The notes under the pieces: model-generated
Databases searched by the model: none
The model's input: the letters and a program-made list of their open reading frames with translations, nothing else
Told to the model about the DNA's origin: nothing
Source of the DNA: Fimbriimonadia bacterium
Lineage (GTDB): Bacteria > Armatimonadota > Fimbriimonadia > Fimbriimonadales > JABRVX01
DNA length: 64,000 bases
Direction: 5' to 3'
NCBI GenBank assembly: GCA_041483895.1
Contig: JBGPGO010000010.1
Coordinates: forward strand, 64,001-128,000
Made by a program: the position numbers and the translations under genes
Part shown: piece by piece, positions 29,566 through 39,302 of the stretch
Numbering within the stretch: the stretch's first letter is position 1
Layout of the letters: every line of letters starts with the position of its first letter

Positions 29566-29605
29566 CGCCGGCAATCGAAAATAGGTCATTTAGGTCCTAT
29601 ATGTC

Positions 29606-30754
29606 CTATTGCTTTGGGGACTTTCGGTAGAAGCGATAGACGACGTCTTGGCGGAACTCGCCGGGGCCTTTACGATCGCGGAACCAGCTGTTGGAGACCG
29701 TAGTGTGAGGACTGACGAGGGATTCGAGGTCCAGGTACCAGGGAGCCTCTTCGGCCACCATGAGAAGGCTCGGATCGTTCGTTTCACCTTCGGAAGAGGT
29801 TCGGAGCTCGGCATAGTTTCGGTTGTAGCCGCCCTGCCATAGGGTCCGCAGGCGCGTGGCGTAGATTTCGCCGACCAAGATTGCGTCCGGGCCAGGATCG
29901 CGCGCTTGGCCAAACGTCACGCGGGCCAGCGTCGCCTCCACGCTCGCCCCTTCATCGTGCCGCTGATAGTCCAACGTCAAGGTACCGGCGGCTCGCGTGA
30001 TCGGTGTCGATCCAAACGTAACCATCACCCCCGTATACGCCTGTTCGTTTTCGCGCTTTTCGTAGAGGAAGCCGACCGTGAATGGGCCCAATTGCTTTCC
30101 AAGATAGAGGTCGATGCCGGGAATTGCGTTTCGGCCAAGGGGCTCCGGGCGGTTCGCCAGCCCGCCGGCCCGGAACTCCGTCCTCCATCCGCCGCCAATG
30201 TCCCGGCGGAAGAAGCCGTATGTCTCGACGACGGACGCGCCTGTCCGGCCGCCGAAACCCCAGGCGACATGCGTGAAGTGGGCGCCGAATCCGCTCGATT
30301 GGTCCAACTCGGCCGAGGTGATCATGCCTCGATAATCCGTCTGCGGGCCGCCGGTCAGGTCGCTGATGCCGGGGACCTGATCGAAGGCGGCGATGGCGTC
30401 CGGGTAGGGGAAGTGGCGGTAGCGGACGCGGCCCACCTTGCCGTCCAAGCTGAGATTCCATCGGTCCGCGACGTAAAAGGCGGATGACTGCAAGTAGGCC
30501 TCGTCGATATCGGGATGGAGCGGCATGTCGCGCCAGCTTCCCTCCCTGCGCCGGGCGATGGCGTTCGCGCGCAGCCAGGGGGTGATTTGGGCGGATCCAC
30601 GAAGCTGGAGGTTGCGCAATTCGCCTTGGTCGCGCCAGAACTTCGCCCCGATCCGAAGTTCCAAGTCGCCTCGGAAGCCGCCGAAGCCGCGCAGCTCCCA
30701 GCCGTCGGCTCGGGCTGCCATCGGGAGGATGCTCGCCGCAAGCAGGACTGCCAT
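29606..30754 (-). CDS. Hypothetical secreted / outer-membrane beta-barrel-like protein
   Basis: Signal MAVLLAASILPMAARA; amphipathic strands. The track's upstream extension is REP sequence. Confidence 0.55.
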   Translation of the reverse strand: MAVLLAASILPMAARADGWELRGFGGFRGDLELRIGAKFWRDQGELRNLQLRGSAQITPWLRANAIARRREGSWRDMPLHPDIDEAYLQSSAFYVADRWNLSLDGKVGRVRYRHFPYPDAIAAFDQVPGISDLTGGPQTDYRGMITSAELDQSSGFGAHFTHVAWGFGGRTGASVVETYGFFRRDIGGGWRTEFRAGGLANRPEPLGRNAIPGIDLYLGKQLGPFTVGFLYEKRENEQAYTGVMVTFGSTPITRAAGTLTLDYQRHDEGASVEATLARVTFGQARDPGPDAILVGEIYATRLRTLWQGGYNRNYAELRTSSEGETNDPSLLMVAEEAPWYLDLESLVSPHTTVSNSWFRDRKGPGEFRQDVVYRFYRKSPKQ

Positions 30755-30786
30755 TCGTGCGTTCACAAGCAAAATTATCGGTGGAA

Positions 30787-30872
30787 GTAACGCTGCCTTC
30801 CAGGCGGCATTGCGAGAACCCCGGGGCCATCGCCATCTTGTAAGCACAATGCCGCCTGGAAGGCAGCGTTAC
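30787..30872. repeat. Inverted pair of family C REPs
   Basis: GTAACGCTGCCTTCCAGGCGGCATT at 30787-30811 and its reverse complement at 30848-30872. Confidence 0.85.
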
Positions 30873-31426
30873 GGGTGCCGTTCGGCGAGGATGAACTCTT
30901 TGAATGCAGCCATCTGCTTGGCGATATTTTTCAATGCCATGTCGTCGGTCAACTCGCCATTCTCATTGATCTTCTTCTGCGATTGGCCAACGCAGATTTC
31001 GGGGAAAAACATCACCTTGGCGGGGAAGTAGGCCATCACCTGTCGGAGGTGAAGCTGCGCGCGGAGACCGCCGGCCCATCCACCCGCGGCGCTCTGCATG
31101 GCGATCGGCTTCCCTTCAAACACCCGGTCCATCGGCGGCCTCGATGCCCAATCGATCGCATTCTTTAGCACCCCGGAAAAGGAGAAATTGTGCTCCGGCA
31201 CCGCCATCAGAATGCCATCAGCGGCTTTGATCTTGTTCTTGAATTCCGTGACGATCGCGGGGAAGTCGGATTCCCTGTCCATGTTGTAGATGGGGAAGTC
31301 TCGAATCTCCAGATGCTCGATGGTCATCCCTTCGGGGGCCAGCCTTTTCGAGGTCTCAATCAAGATTCGATTATGGGATCCCTTTCGGATCGATCCGGCA
31401 AACGCGACGACGTGAACTTGTTCCAT
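30869..31426 (-). CDS. NADPH-dependent FMN reductase (ChrR/YieF family)
   Basis: GSIRKGSHN, PEHN, VLKNAIDWASR, GGLRAQ. Confidence 0.92.
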   Translation of the reverse strand: MEQVHVVAFAGSIRKGSHNRILIETSKRLAPEGMTIEHLEIRDFPIYNMDRESDFPAIVTEFKNKIKAADGILMAVPEHNFSFSGVLKNAIDWASRPPMDRVFEGKPIAMQSAAGGWAGGLRAQLHLRQVMAYFPAKVMFFPEICVGQSQKKINENGELTDDMALKNIAKQMAAFKEFILAERHP

Positions 31427-31435
31427 CCGTTAATC

Positions 31436-32623
31436 TTATCCCAGAAGCGGCAGGTCTAGTTGGCGTTGGGAAAGCCATTCCACGCCTTTGTCAGTGATGA
31501 GGACCATCTCTTCGATGCCGAGATAGCCGCGACCCTCGATGTTGACGCCCAATTCCAATGTGTAGACCTGATCCTTTTGAATCGGCATCGTGGGTGTGCG
31601 GCCGTATCGCTCCCATTTGGGTCCGAGAATGGCGCCGCCGTCGTGGGCGACCCGGCCGACCTGGTGGCCGAACGCGTGCAGATATTCTTCGTATCCGCAG
31701 GAGACGAGATAGTCCCGCGCGGCCTTGTCCACCGTCCAGCCTTCGACGCCGGGTTTGAGGGTTTGGGAGCCTACGGTGATGGCGCCCGTCACCGCGTCCA
31801 TCGCCTTCGCCACGTCATCTGGCATTTGGTTTCCGACATACCAACAGCGTTGGATGTCCGAGCTGTAGCCGTTCTTCGTGATGCCGAGGTCGATGTGGAA
31901 GATGTGGCCTTCTTCGATGCGGATGTCGGCGGATGGGATGCCGTGGCCGACCATCGAGTTGGGGCCGCTGTTTACGATGGGGTCTTGCGCTGGGTCCCAC
32001 GAGTAGCCGAGTCCCTTGCCATCGATCCACGCGTGGATCATGTCGTAGATTTCGCGTTCGCTCATGCCGGGGCGCACTTTCTGGGAGACCATCCGGAACA
32101 CTTCGTCGGTCTGCGCAATGGCGTCTCGCATTCGGCTGATCTCGGTCGCAGTTTTTTGGGATCGAAGCGCGGTGGCGACGGTCTCGGCGCTGACGAGGGA
32201 GTTAGCGAATCGGGTCCCCGCGAGATAGCTCTCCAGAAGCAGGAACATGCCGTGCGAGAGGCCATCCGCTTTCACGTCGTCGGTGGAGAAGTTGACGCCC
32301 AGTTTCGCGGTCGGGCTTTTCGCGATGCGTTCCAGCGTCAGGACGAGGGGGTCGCGAATTCCTTGGACGTACGGGATCACTTCGTCCCAAACGCCGGATG
32401 CTGCTAGCGGCTCGGCATCAAAGTTGCCAACGATCGCGACCTTTTCTCCGGTTCGAGCGACGAGAAGCGCGCTTTGCCATGTGAGGCCGCCGTCCATCAT
32501 CAGGGGCAGTACCGGATCGCCGCCTTCCGCGGTTTCACGAACAAAGGTGATCCAGACATCCAGATCGGAGGCCTGGACCAGCTCGACGGCCTGCGCCAAC
32601 TTCTCCCGATGCAGATCGCTCAT
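31436..32623 (-). CDS. Xaa-Pro peptidase (M24) family
   Basis: IDLG..KNGYSSDIQR, HAFGHQVG..AHD, YTLE, GIEE. Confidence 0.92.
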   Translation of the reverse strand: MSDLHREKLAQAVELVQASDLDVWITFVRETAEGGDPVLPLMMDGGLTWQSALLVARTGEKVAIVGNFDAEPLAASGVWDEVIPYVQGIRDPLVLTLERIAKSPTAKLGVNFSTDDVKADGLSHGMFLLLESYLAGTRFANSLVSAETVATALRSQKTATEISRMRDAIAQTDEVFRMVSQKVRPGMSEREIYDMIHAWIDGKGLGYSWDPAQDPIVNSGPNSMVGHGIPSADIRIEEGHIFHIDLGITKNGYSSDIQRCWYVGNQMPDDVAKAMDAVTGAITVGSQTLKPGVEGWTVDKAARDYLVSCGYEEYLHAFGHQVGRVAHDGGAILGPKWERYGRTPTMPIQKDQVYTLELGVNIEGRGYLGIEEMVLITDKGVEWLSQRQLDLPLLG

Positions 32624-35124
32624 CGAAGTTCAATCTCGCGTACGACGAGCCAGTTGTTGTTGTCTTTGGTCAGCCGGATTCGAACGCCGCTGATCGTCTT
32701 TCTCGCTAGTTCCGCCTCGGCAATTCCGTCCTTGAAGTCGGCAATTTTCGTGTATGCCGTTCCGTCGAAAATCTCGAGCACCCCTTCGTGCACCGTGTCT
32801 TCTGAGTGATCGGGATGGCCGGTGGTTACTTTGATATGTTGAAACGCAGCAGGGGTGTTGAGTATGACGGTGAAGGTCGCTCCCGCCAGCGCTTGCCCAT
32901 AGGACCAGTAGTAGGTGTCGATGTTGCCATCGAAGGCAATCTCCGGCACGTGATCCTGGTAGATGGGAAGCGTGGTTGTAACTTTCGCCGGGAGGCGCAA
33001 TGCCAGATAACTGGCGGTCGCCACTTCTCCCGATGGGAGGACACGCGCTTTGATTTGAGTGGTCTTGGTTATTTGGATCGGTTCGGCATATAGTGGCGAG
33101 TTTTCCGTCGGTTCAGTACCGTCAGTGGTGTAATGGATTGGTTTGCCATTAAGTGTGTAAAGAGTAACGTCTTGGCTGCTTGGTATGAACCGGGCACCCG
33201 GAGAAAACAGTGGCCGATCGGGGAAGGCATTGAGCTGGGCGATGAGGCGATCGTATTTCGCCATGTTCCGATCCAGCCACCAGGGCCGATTTTCTGCTTT
33301 CCACAACTTTGCGTAGTCGATCCTCAATTGCCTGACCTGCTTTTTAAGCGAATCGACAGACTTCAGTTCGTCGGCAATATTGCGGCCTGAGATTAACGAT
33401 GCGATGGACGTGCGCATGGCAATGTAGAAGTATCGCATGGCGGCGAAGTTTGCCTCGTCGATGCAATCGACATTGTGTTTGGGCGTCGAGATCGGGCCGA
33501 TTGCAGCCGTAAAAGAGTTGAGATATTCACTAATGTCAATCGGCTGCGACTGCTTCTCCACCGCTCGCGGAAGATCGATCCAAAATGCAGCGTCTCCGCC
33601 ACCGCCGCATGCAGGGTCCTTCCGCATTCGCGCGACCGTGATCAGTCCCTTGATGTTCTTGTCTCCAGGTACACCGAAAAAGATCGGATCGAAGCACTTG
33701 ACGAAGCGCGCATGGCGCTGTTCACGCACGGCGTTCTTGTCCTGGCCTGCGGCTGGTATCGCAGGTTTCCATGAGCATTCCGCGCCCCAGAGAAGCGGGT
33801 ACCAATTGTAGCCAAAGAAGTTCTCTCCGCTGTCATCCCACGTCGTGTTCAGCATCCCCAGCGCGCCGTTCATCGCGCCGTCGCGCGTGAAATTGGAGAT
33901 GTTCACGATCGCATCATCGAAGTCCGGATAAAGTTGGCCGAAGCAGCCGACGCACGGACAAACGATGAATCGAAAACCAATCTCCTTGAACGGCTTGATC
34001 CAATCGTCAAAGCTGTCGAGCGGATCGTAACCCCAGGATAGTACGATCAGGTCCTTTGGCAATTTGGCAACGATCTCGCGATGCTGGAGCGCGATGTCTC
34101 CCCACATCAACGGTGTCTTTCCGTACTTCTTTAGCAGGTCCGCGATGCGATTGATATGATACGCATACACGCCGCCAAGCCCCATCTCCTTCACCATCTG
34201 CTTGGAAGCCCCTTCACCCAACCCCCAGGTTTCATCGCAGTTGATATTAAAGAGCGGACTGTCATACGCCGGAGCAATCTCGCTGTACACATCGTCGAGA
34301 AACTTGTAGCTCTCCTCTTTGGCGGGCGATATCACCCAGCCCGTCTCGGCCAAATTCTCATACCCTTTCACTGATAGTATGTTTGCGAAATGGCCGAAGG
34401 ATTGAAAATTGCCTACTATCTGAACGTGATACTTTTTCCCATACTCGCTTAGCTCATGCACCTCTTTGGCGGTGATGCCGTCGGGCGGCGCTATGGCAGG
34501 ATGCTTTTTGAGCTTAAACACATGCTCGGTGTACATGGTGAAGAAGTTATACTTATACTCGGACAGCGTCCGTATCTCGCGCTTGAGATAGTCCATCGTG
34601 GTGATCGGTCCGCGGCTGATGTCGTCCTGCCAGCCGCGCATTTTCAGCGCGGGCCAATCGACGATCGTGCAGCACGGGATGGTTGTGCCAGTGGCGTTCG
34701 CGCGGATCAATTGCTTGAGCGTTTGCACGCCGTCAAAAACCGCCTCGCTGTCCACGCCGGCGATGATGATGCGATCTTTTCGCACCGCCAACAGATATTG
34801 ACCGTCTTTTGGCGTGACTGCCAACTTGATCGCACCGAGCGCCTTTGAAATCGCCGCATCGCGGCCAATGACACCGATCAACACGCCCTTTCCTTTGCCT
34901 CCGACGGCCACGTTGAGCTTGAAATCCTGCTTGATCTCGTCAGCAAGCTGCTGTCCCGCAAAGCTGTCGTCCGAATCTTTCGGGTTCGCAATCACGATGG
35001 CGTCTTTTGCGGTGAAATGGTAGGCGCCGTCCAGCCGTTGGACGGACTGGGGCGTCGGGATTAGCTTCAGCGGGGGCACCTGATCGGGCGCCGATATGAT
35101 CGATAGCGCGATGAAAAACAACAT
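32620..35124 (-). CDS. GH20 beta-N-acetylhexosaminidase with chitobiase-type and discoidin-like C-terminal domains
   Basis: DWPALKMRG..DISRG, QSFGH, NINCDE, TTWDD, HYTTDGTEP. Confidence 0.9.
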   Translation of the reverse strand: MLFFIALSIISAPDQVPPLKLIPTPQSVQRLDGAYHFTAKDAIVIANPKDSDDSFAGQQLADEIKQDFKLNVAVGGKGKGVLIGVIGRDAAISKALGAIKLAVTPKDGQYLLAVRKDRIIIAGVDSEAVFDGVQTLKQLIRANATGTTIPCCTIVDWPALKMRGWQDDISRGPITTMDYLKREIRTLSEYKYNFFTMYTEHVFKLKKHPAIAPPDGITAKEVHELSEYGKKYHVQIVGNFQSFGHFANILSVKGYENLAETGWVISPAKEESYKFLDDVYSEIAPAYDSPLFNINCDETWGLGEGASKQMVKEMGLGGVYAYHINRIADLLKKYGKTPLMWGDIALQHREIVAKLPKDLIVLSWGYDPLDSFDDWIKPFKEIGFRFIVCPCVGCFGQLYPDFDDAIVNISNFTRDGAMNGALGMLNTTWDDSGENFFGYNWYPLLWGAECSWKPAIPAAGQDKNAVREQRHARFVKCFDPIFFGVPGDKNIKGLITVARMRKDPACGGGGDAAFWIDLPRAVEKQSQPIDISEYLNSFTAAIGPISTPKHNVDCIDEANFAAMRYFYIAMRTSIASLISGRNIADELKSVDSLKKQVRQLRIDYAKLWKAENRPWWLDRNMAKYDRLIAQLNAFPDRPLFSPGARFIPSSQDVTLYTLNGKPIHYTTDGTEPTENSPLYAEPIQITKTTQIKARVLPSGEVATASYLALRLPAKVTTTLPIYQDHVPEIAFDGNIDTYYWSYGQALAGATFTVILNTPAAFQHIKVTTGHPDHSEDTVHEGVLEIFDGTAYTKIADFKDGIAEAELARKTISGVRIRLTKDNNNWLVVREIELR

Positions 35125-35161
35125 GGCAATCAGTTCCTTGCCGCCAGGAAGGAATCCTGCT

Positions 35162-36001
35162 TTAGGATAGCGCTCTCAGTCGCTCTATTCGGGCGGGTTC
35201 ATTGGCCACAAGCCATTCGTCTTTCGACAGCAGTTCGGAAGCCCGCGCAAAATGCGGTTTCGCCTCGTCCACGCGGCCCAGCGCGAGCAGGCACTCCCCG
35301 ATCTCTTCCGAGCCATACCCGGCCTCATCCCCCTCCGACATCAAATCCCGCTGCATGCGCAGAGCCTCGTCGATTCGCCCCAACGATCGCAGGCACCGGC
35401 CCACGCACCATCGGGCGATCCGGATGGTCTTCGGATTGCCCCTCTCCAACCGAAACGCGAGGGCCTTCTCGAACAGCTCCAGCGCTTCTTCCGGTCGGCC
35501 TTGGTCGTGGATCGTCCAGGCGGTGTTATTGAGCAAAGAGCCGAGCCATCCGCGCGCCCGTTCATCCGTGGCCCCCTCGGCAATTTGGATCGCCTTGTGG
35601 TTCCATTCCAACGCCTCTTCCGGCGGGCAGACGATCCCCAGCATGTGCGCCGCATCCACCTTGTAAAAGGTCTCTCCCAAATCGTGGGCTAGCGCGACGG
35701 CGGCCTCGAAGTACGGCCTCGACCCAATTGGATCTCCGCCGCTGTTGAGCACCCGGCCCCACTCCAGGTCCAGCCTCACTCGGACAAGACTCCGCGCATA
35801 CGCAAGCTCTGTCCGCACCGCATCCAAGACCGTCCGGGCCTCATCAAACCTGCGGCGCAGTCCAAGGGTCCGGGCGATCTGGGTGCGGATTTCCAGCGCT
35901 TCGTCGCCGCTCGCCCCATCCAATGCTTGCTGAAATCGCTCTTCGCTCACAGCCGGATTGTCGAAATCCCACAGCGCGTCGATTCGTTCGCTGCCGCTCA
36001 T
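35162..36001 (-). CDS. TPR protein
   Basis: LWDFDNPAVSE, TQIARTLGL, GSLLNN, ARWCVGRCLRSLG. Confidence 0.85.
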   Translation of the reverse strand: MSGSERIDALWDFDNPAVSEERFQQALDGASGDEALEIRTQIARTLGLRRRFDEARTVLDAVRTELAYARSLVRVRLDLEWGRVLNSGGDPIGSRPYFEAAVALAHDLGETFYKVDAAHMLGIVCPPEEALEWNHKAIQIAEGATDERARGWLGSLLNNTAWTIHDQGRPEEALELFEKALAFRLERGNPKTIRIARWCVGRCLRSLGRIDEALRMQRDLMSEGDEAGYGSEEIGECLLALGRVDEAKPHFARASELLSKDEWLVANEPARIERLRALS

Positions 36002-36040
36002 AATAGTCGCAAGTTTACTCCACAGGGTCCCAGGCCCTAC

Positions 36041-36068
36041 TGAACCCCGAGACCCCGTAGGCGTCTAT
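36041..36068 (+). promoter_or_regulatory. Putative ECF-sigma promoter
   Basis: TGAACC-N15-CGTCTA upstream of the 36112 gene. Confidence 0.45.
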
Positions 36069-36111
36069 GATGGACGGCAGAAAACTATTCTCAAACGAAG
36101 GAGAATCACGC

Positions 36112-36666
36112 ATGAAGGCAAGATGGATCTCTGTAGTGTCGATCGTGACTTTCGCGGCCCTTTTGGCGGGCGCGTTTGCCCAGGTTCGGCAAGTACCTCC
36201 TCCCGCGGGCGGCAAAGTCAAGGCCCGCCAACAGCGGGTAAAGGCCGCCGTCGGTAATGTTCTTCCCTGGTCGGCAGCAGCGGGCAAGCCGAACATTCAA
36301 CCGGGCCACTCCGTCGGATTCTATATCTGGCACGAGGGCAATCGGGTAATTATCGTTACGACCTCTGAGAGGGACAAGGGCGTCCGTTTCAACGGACATG
36401 TGCATGTTGTCGGAGGCGGCACGATTAGCAATGTGACCGGTTTCAAAGGCGAGAAGCTGGACAAGATCAAGCAGCCGAAACCGAACGCCGTGAACTTCCG
36501 GTTTGTGACACATGAAGCCATTGACGGAATCTCCTTTACGATCACGGGCGGCAAAGCCGCGGTGTTTGCGTTGCAGATGGCGGGTCATCCCACCACCCAC
36601 AAGTTCGTGGGGGCGTCTATGCGAGAGGCTGTGCGAGCGCCGATAACGTTTGATTTTTCCAAGTAG
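36112..36666 (+). CDS. Hypothetical secreted beta-sandwich protein
   Basis: SD AAGGAG; signal peptide MKARWISVV...AFAQ. Confidence 0.75.
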   Translation: MKARWISVVSIVTFAALLAGAFAQVRQVPPPAGGKVKARQQRVKAAVGNVLPWSAAAGKPNIQPGHSVGFYIWHEGNRVIIVTTSERDKGVRFNGHVHVVGGGTISNVTGFKGEKLDKIKQPKPNAVNFRFVTHEAIDGISFTITGGKAAVFALQMAGHPTTHKFVGASMREAVRAPITFDFSK

Positions 36667-36684
36667 ATCCCGTCGCACGGATCG

Positions 36685-36716
36685 AACCGCGCATGATTTC
36701 ATGCGCGGTTTTTCTT
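36685..36716 (+). terminator. Intrinsic terminator
   Basis: AACCGCGCATGA/TCATGCGCGGTT hairpin followed by a T-run. Confidence 0.8.
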
Positions 36717-36842
36717 TCGCAATCCCGGTAGCCGCATGCTTTAGCTTGCGTCCGGATGTGTCCGGGCGAAGAATGCACAGGCTAACTCCTGCGACGACCC
36801 TGCGGATTCTTTCATTGAAGATCGCATCGTCAAGAGGGTTTC

Positions 36843-37009
36843 GTAGGCGCGGGACAGCATTGAGACTCGCATCGAATTGCCGATCCAGAGTCCCGCGTGG
36901 GAGGGTCGGAATTTCTGATGTCCAATCGTTATGGCGCTTTCGGCGTGGTCAAACGCGGGCCTTTGGAGTTCGCGGACGGAAGCGTATCGGCAAACTGGCC
37001 CGCGCCTAC
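36843..37009. repeat. Inverted doublet of family D elements
   Basis: Copies at 36843-36897 (+) and 36954-37009 (-). Confidence 0.75.
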
Positions 37010-37078
37010 GAAATAGTCCACATTTAATTTGATGATGCGGCCTGTCGCATCGTCAAGCGCGCAAGCGAAAGGTTGCGG

Positions 37079-38059
37079 CTAGCGGGTGACGAAGGGCAAA
37101 TCGCGTACCGTGGCATCGGTGCCGGCGGCCCGCAAAATCGTGTTGGGCCCCGCAAATTCATTCTTAATTACCGCGAGCGCGATCGGCCGACCGAGTGCGA
37201 CGGAGTGGCAGGCGCTGGTGACACTGCCGACAGGCTCGGCATCCGCGGTCACCGCATCCCCGTCCCGCACGGGGGTATCGAACAGCAGGCCGACCAGCGA
37301 CCTGTTCGTATGTCCGCGCGAGTGGATGCGCATGATCGTCTCTTGCCCCGTGTAGCAACCCTTTGTGTAGCTGATATACCGCTCCTCAAATCGCTTTCCC
37401 ATCTCCTGCGGCAGCGTTTTCGCATCGATCTCGTGTCCGTATTTGGGAATGCCATCCTCGATGCGCGTGATATCAAAGGCCGTGCCTCCAACCGGAACCG
37501 CGTTGATTCGTACTGCCTCCCCAAATTCCATAAGGTCCTGTTCGGAGAGCAGATAGTCGAAGCCGCCGGCGGCGAGCGCGTTCGACGGCGCCCAGCGGTC
37601 GTTGGCGATTGCGCGTACCGACGAGGGCCCGAGCGTCGATAGAAGGAAGTACCGGTCCGAAACGTCTTCCACGGCGACATCTTCCAAAATAATCATTGAA
37701 CTCAAGCGCCGAATGAGGACCTCTCGCTGGCAGCCGGGGGCGAGAAGCAGGTAGCTGTCCCCCAGGTCCCAAAGGCGGCAGTCGGCGACGACCTGACCGG
37801 TTGGCGTACAGACCAGCAGATCGATCTGGCCTCCCGGCTGCAAAAGCCGCATATCGTTGGTCACCTGGCCCTGCAGCCAACTCATTCGGTCAGCGCCGGA
37901 AACGATAAGCTTGGCCAGGTCCGAACGGTCAACGAGCCCGGTCCCCGTTGCGAGCGCCCGAACCTCGGCGGTCACGTTCCCGTAGTCGCTGGGAACGTGA
38001 TGCTGAGACACGGCTGCTAGCTGAACGAAGATCGGATCGGTTGGGCTGGTGGGCATCAT
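37079..38059 (-). CDS. ygfZ: YgfZ/GcvT-family folate-binding protein
   Basis: WLQGQVTND, KGCYTGQE signature. Confidence 0.88.
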   Translation of the reverse strand: MMPTSPTDPIFVQLAAVSQHHVPSDYGNVTAEVRALATGTGLVDRSDLAKLIVSGADRMSWLQGQVTNDMRLLQPGGQIDLLVCTPTGQVVADCRLWDLGDSYLLLAPGCQREVLIRRLSSMIILEDVAVEDVSDRYFLLSTLGPSSVRAIANDRWAPSNALAAGGFDYLLSEQDLMEFGEAVRINAVPVGGTAFDITRIEDGIPKYGHEIDAKTLPQEMGKRFEERYISYTKGCYTGQETIMRIHSRGHTNRSLVGLLFDTPVRDGDAVTADAEPVGSVTSACHSVALGRPIALAVIKNEFAGPNTILRAAGTDATVRDLPFVTR

Positions 38060-38102
38060 GGCCATCGGAATCGTACCCGCCGACCCAGGTATCATGGACG
38101 AA

Positions 38103-38444
38103 ATGGAGGGCAGATTGGACGAAACGAAGCTGTTTATTTTCTTTCGCACGGTCCGCACGGAAACATCGGAGTCCTACTCGATATTGGATGGCGCGGACCA
38201 GGTTGGGCAGGTGGACCTGCATTTTTCCCTAGACGTGGCCCACGCGACGGTGATACTGACCAAGGTTCTCAGCGAAGAAGATTTGCGGGAAATGATTACG
38301 GCGATCGACGAGCAGCTTGTTTCGTCGGTCCTTCCTTCGTACGATCGCCTCGATTTCATCACCTCCGTATATCATGGGTCGGAGATCGGCACCTTTTCGG
38401 ACCCGTCGCCCGATGAGGAGTTGGGGACCGACAACGGGCATTGA
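38103..38444 (+). CDS. Small acidic hypothetical protein
   Basis: RTVRTETSESY...GQVDLHF; start at 38094 or 38103. Confidence 0.7.
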   Translation: MEGRLDETKLFIFFRTVRTETSESYSILDGADQVGQVDLHFSLDVAHATVILTKVLSEEDLREMITAIDEQLVSSVLPSYDRLDFITSVYHGSEIGTFSDPSPDEELGTDNGH

Positions 38445-38452
38445 GAGGGCAA

Positions 38453-38508
38453 CGCGGGCCTTTGTTGTCAGTAATAGAAGGGTTTTGCGCAACTTGGCCC
38501 GCGCCTAC
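38453..38508 (-). repeat. Family D element
   Basis: Reverse complement of GTAGGCGCGGG-N39-CCCGCG. Confidence 0.75.
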
Positions 38509-38568
38509 AGAATGCAACCTTGGTACTCCCGCCTCGGTATTGTTTACGGAGAGGAGTTGACTTAGGCA

Positions 38569-39201
38569 GTGCAGGTCATCGATCAAGTGTTTCTGGCCTC
38601 AGCGATCGTAGGCGCTGGGGTCCTCGTTTTGTCCGCGCTCATGGGGGCCGTAGGCCACGTTGGCCATCAAGGCGCCCACACCGGACATGACGTGGGTGAC
38701 GCAGGGCACAGCGCAGGCGCCCATCATGTGGACCACGGCGGACATCACGATGGTGGTCATGGGCAAGCGACTGACGCGGAATGGGCGGCGTTTGGCCGAA
38801 CAGTTCTGAGCTTCCTGAGTCCGATATCGCTGGCGATGAGCCTCACCTATTTCGGGTTGCTTGGGTTCATCCTCAGCACGGCCAGCCTCGGAACCGGCCT
38901 CTCCGTGACGGTGGCAATCGTGTTCGGTTTCGCGGCGGCTCGGCTTACGACGACGGCTGTATCCCGGATCATGGCGACAGGCGAGCAGTCGAGCCATGCT
39001 TCCGTCCGTGACTTCCTGGGTCGGGTCGGTGAGGTCACCGTTTCGATCCCGGAAAGGGGCGTCGGGCAAATCGCCTTGACGTCGGGGGGGTCTCGTTTGA
39101 CATATGCGGCGAAAGCCGACGGGCCGATCTCGGTCGGCTCGCGAGTGATGGTGGAAGCCATCGATAGCGGCGTCGCCACCGTGTCTCGCTACTCGGATTA
39201 G
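38569..39201 (+). CDS. NfeD/YuaF-like membrane protein (His-rich loop, C-terminal OB fold)
   Basis: Three TM segments, GRVGEVTVSIP..GVGQI; directly upstream of flotillin. Confidence 0.85.
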   Translation: MQVIDQVFLASAIVGAGVLVLSALMGAVGHVGHQGAHTGHDVGDAGHSAGAHHVDHGGHHDGGHGQATDAEWAAFGRTVLSFLSPISLAMSLTYFGLLGFILSTASLGTGLSVTVAIVFGFAAARLTTTAVSRIMATGEQSSHASVRDFLGRVGEVTVSIPERGVGQIALTSGGSRLTYAAKADGPISVGSRVMVEAIDSGVATVSRYSD

Positions 39202-39302
39202 TCCAAATCCTATTTGTGCCCGCAATGCGTGCAGGGCAATCAGGCGCGTGTGCGAACTTACGAATGGGGAGTGGACCTCGGAACAGAATTGGGAGGAAAC
39301 AA

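Noticed and set aside
30755..30847. N-terminal extensions given by the ORF track (also 23594-23659, 38060-38158, 58597-58746)
   Set aside because: They translate REP or promoter DNA; better starts lie downstream.
36843..37009. Family D elements as integron attC sites
   Set aside because: No RYYYAAC...GTTRRRY boxes, mixed orientation, no cassette array or integrase.
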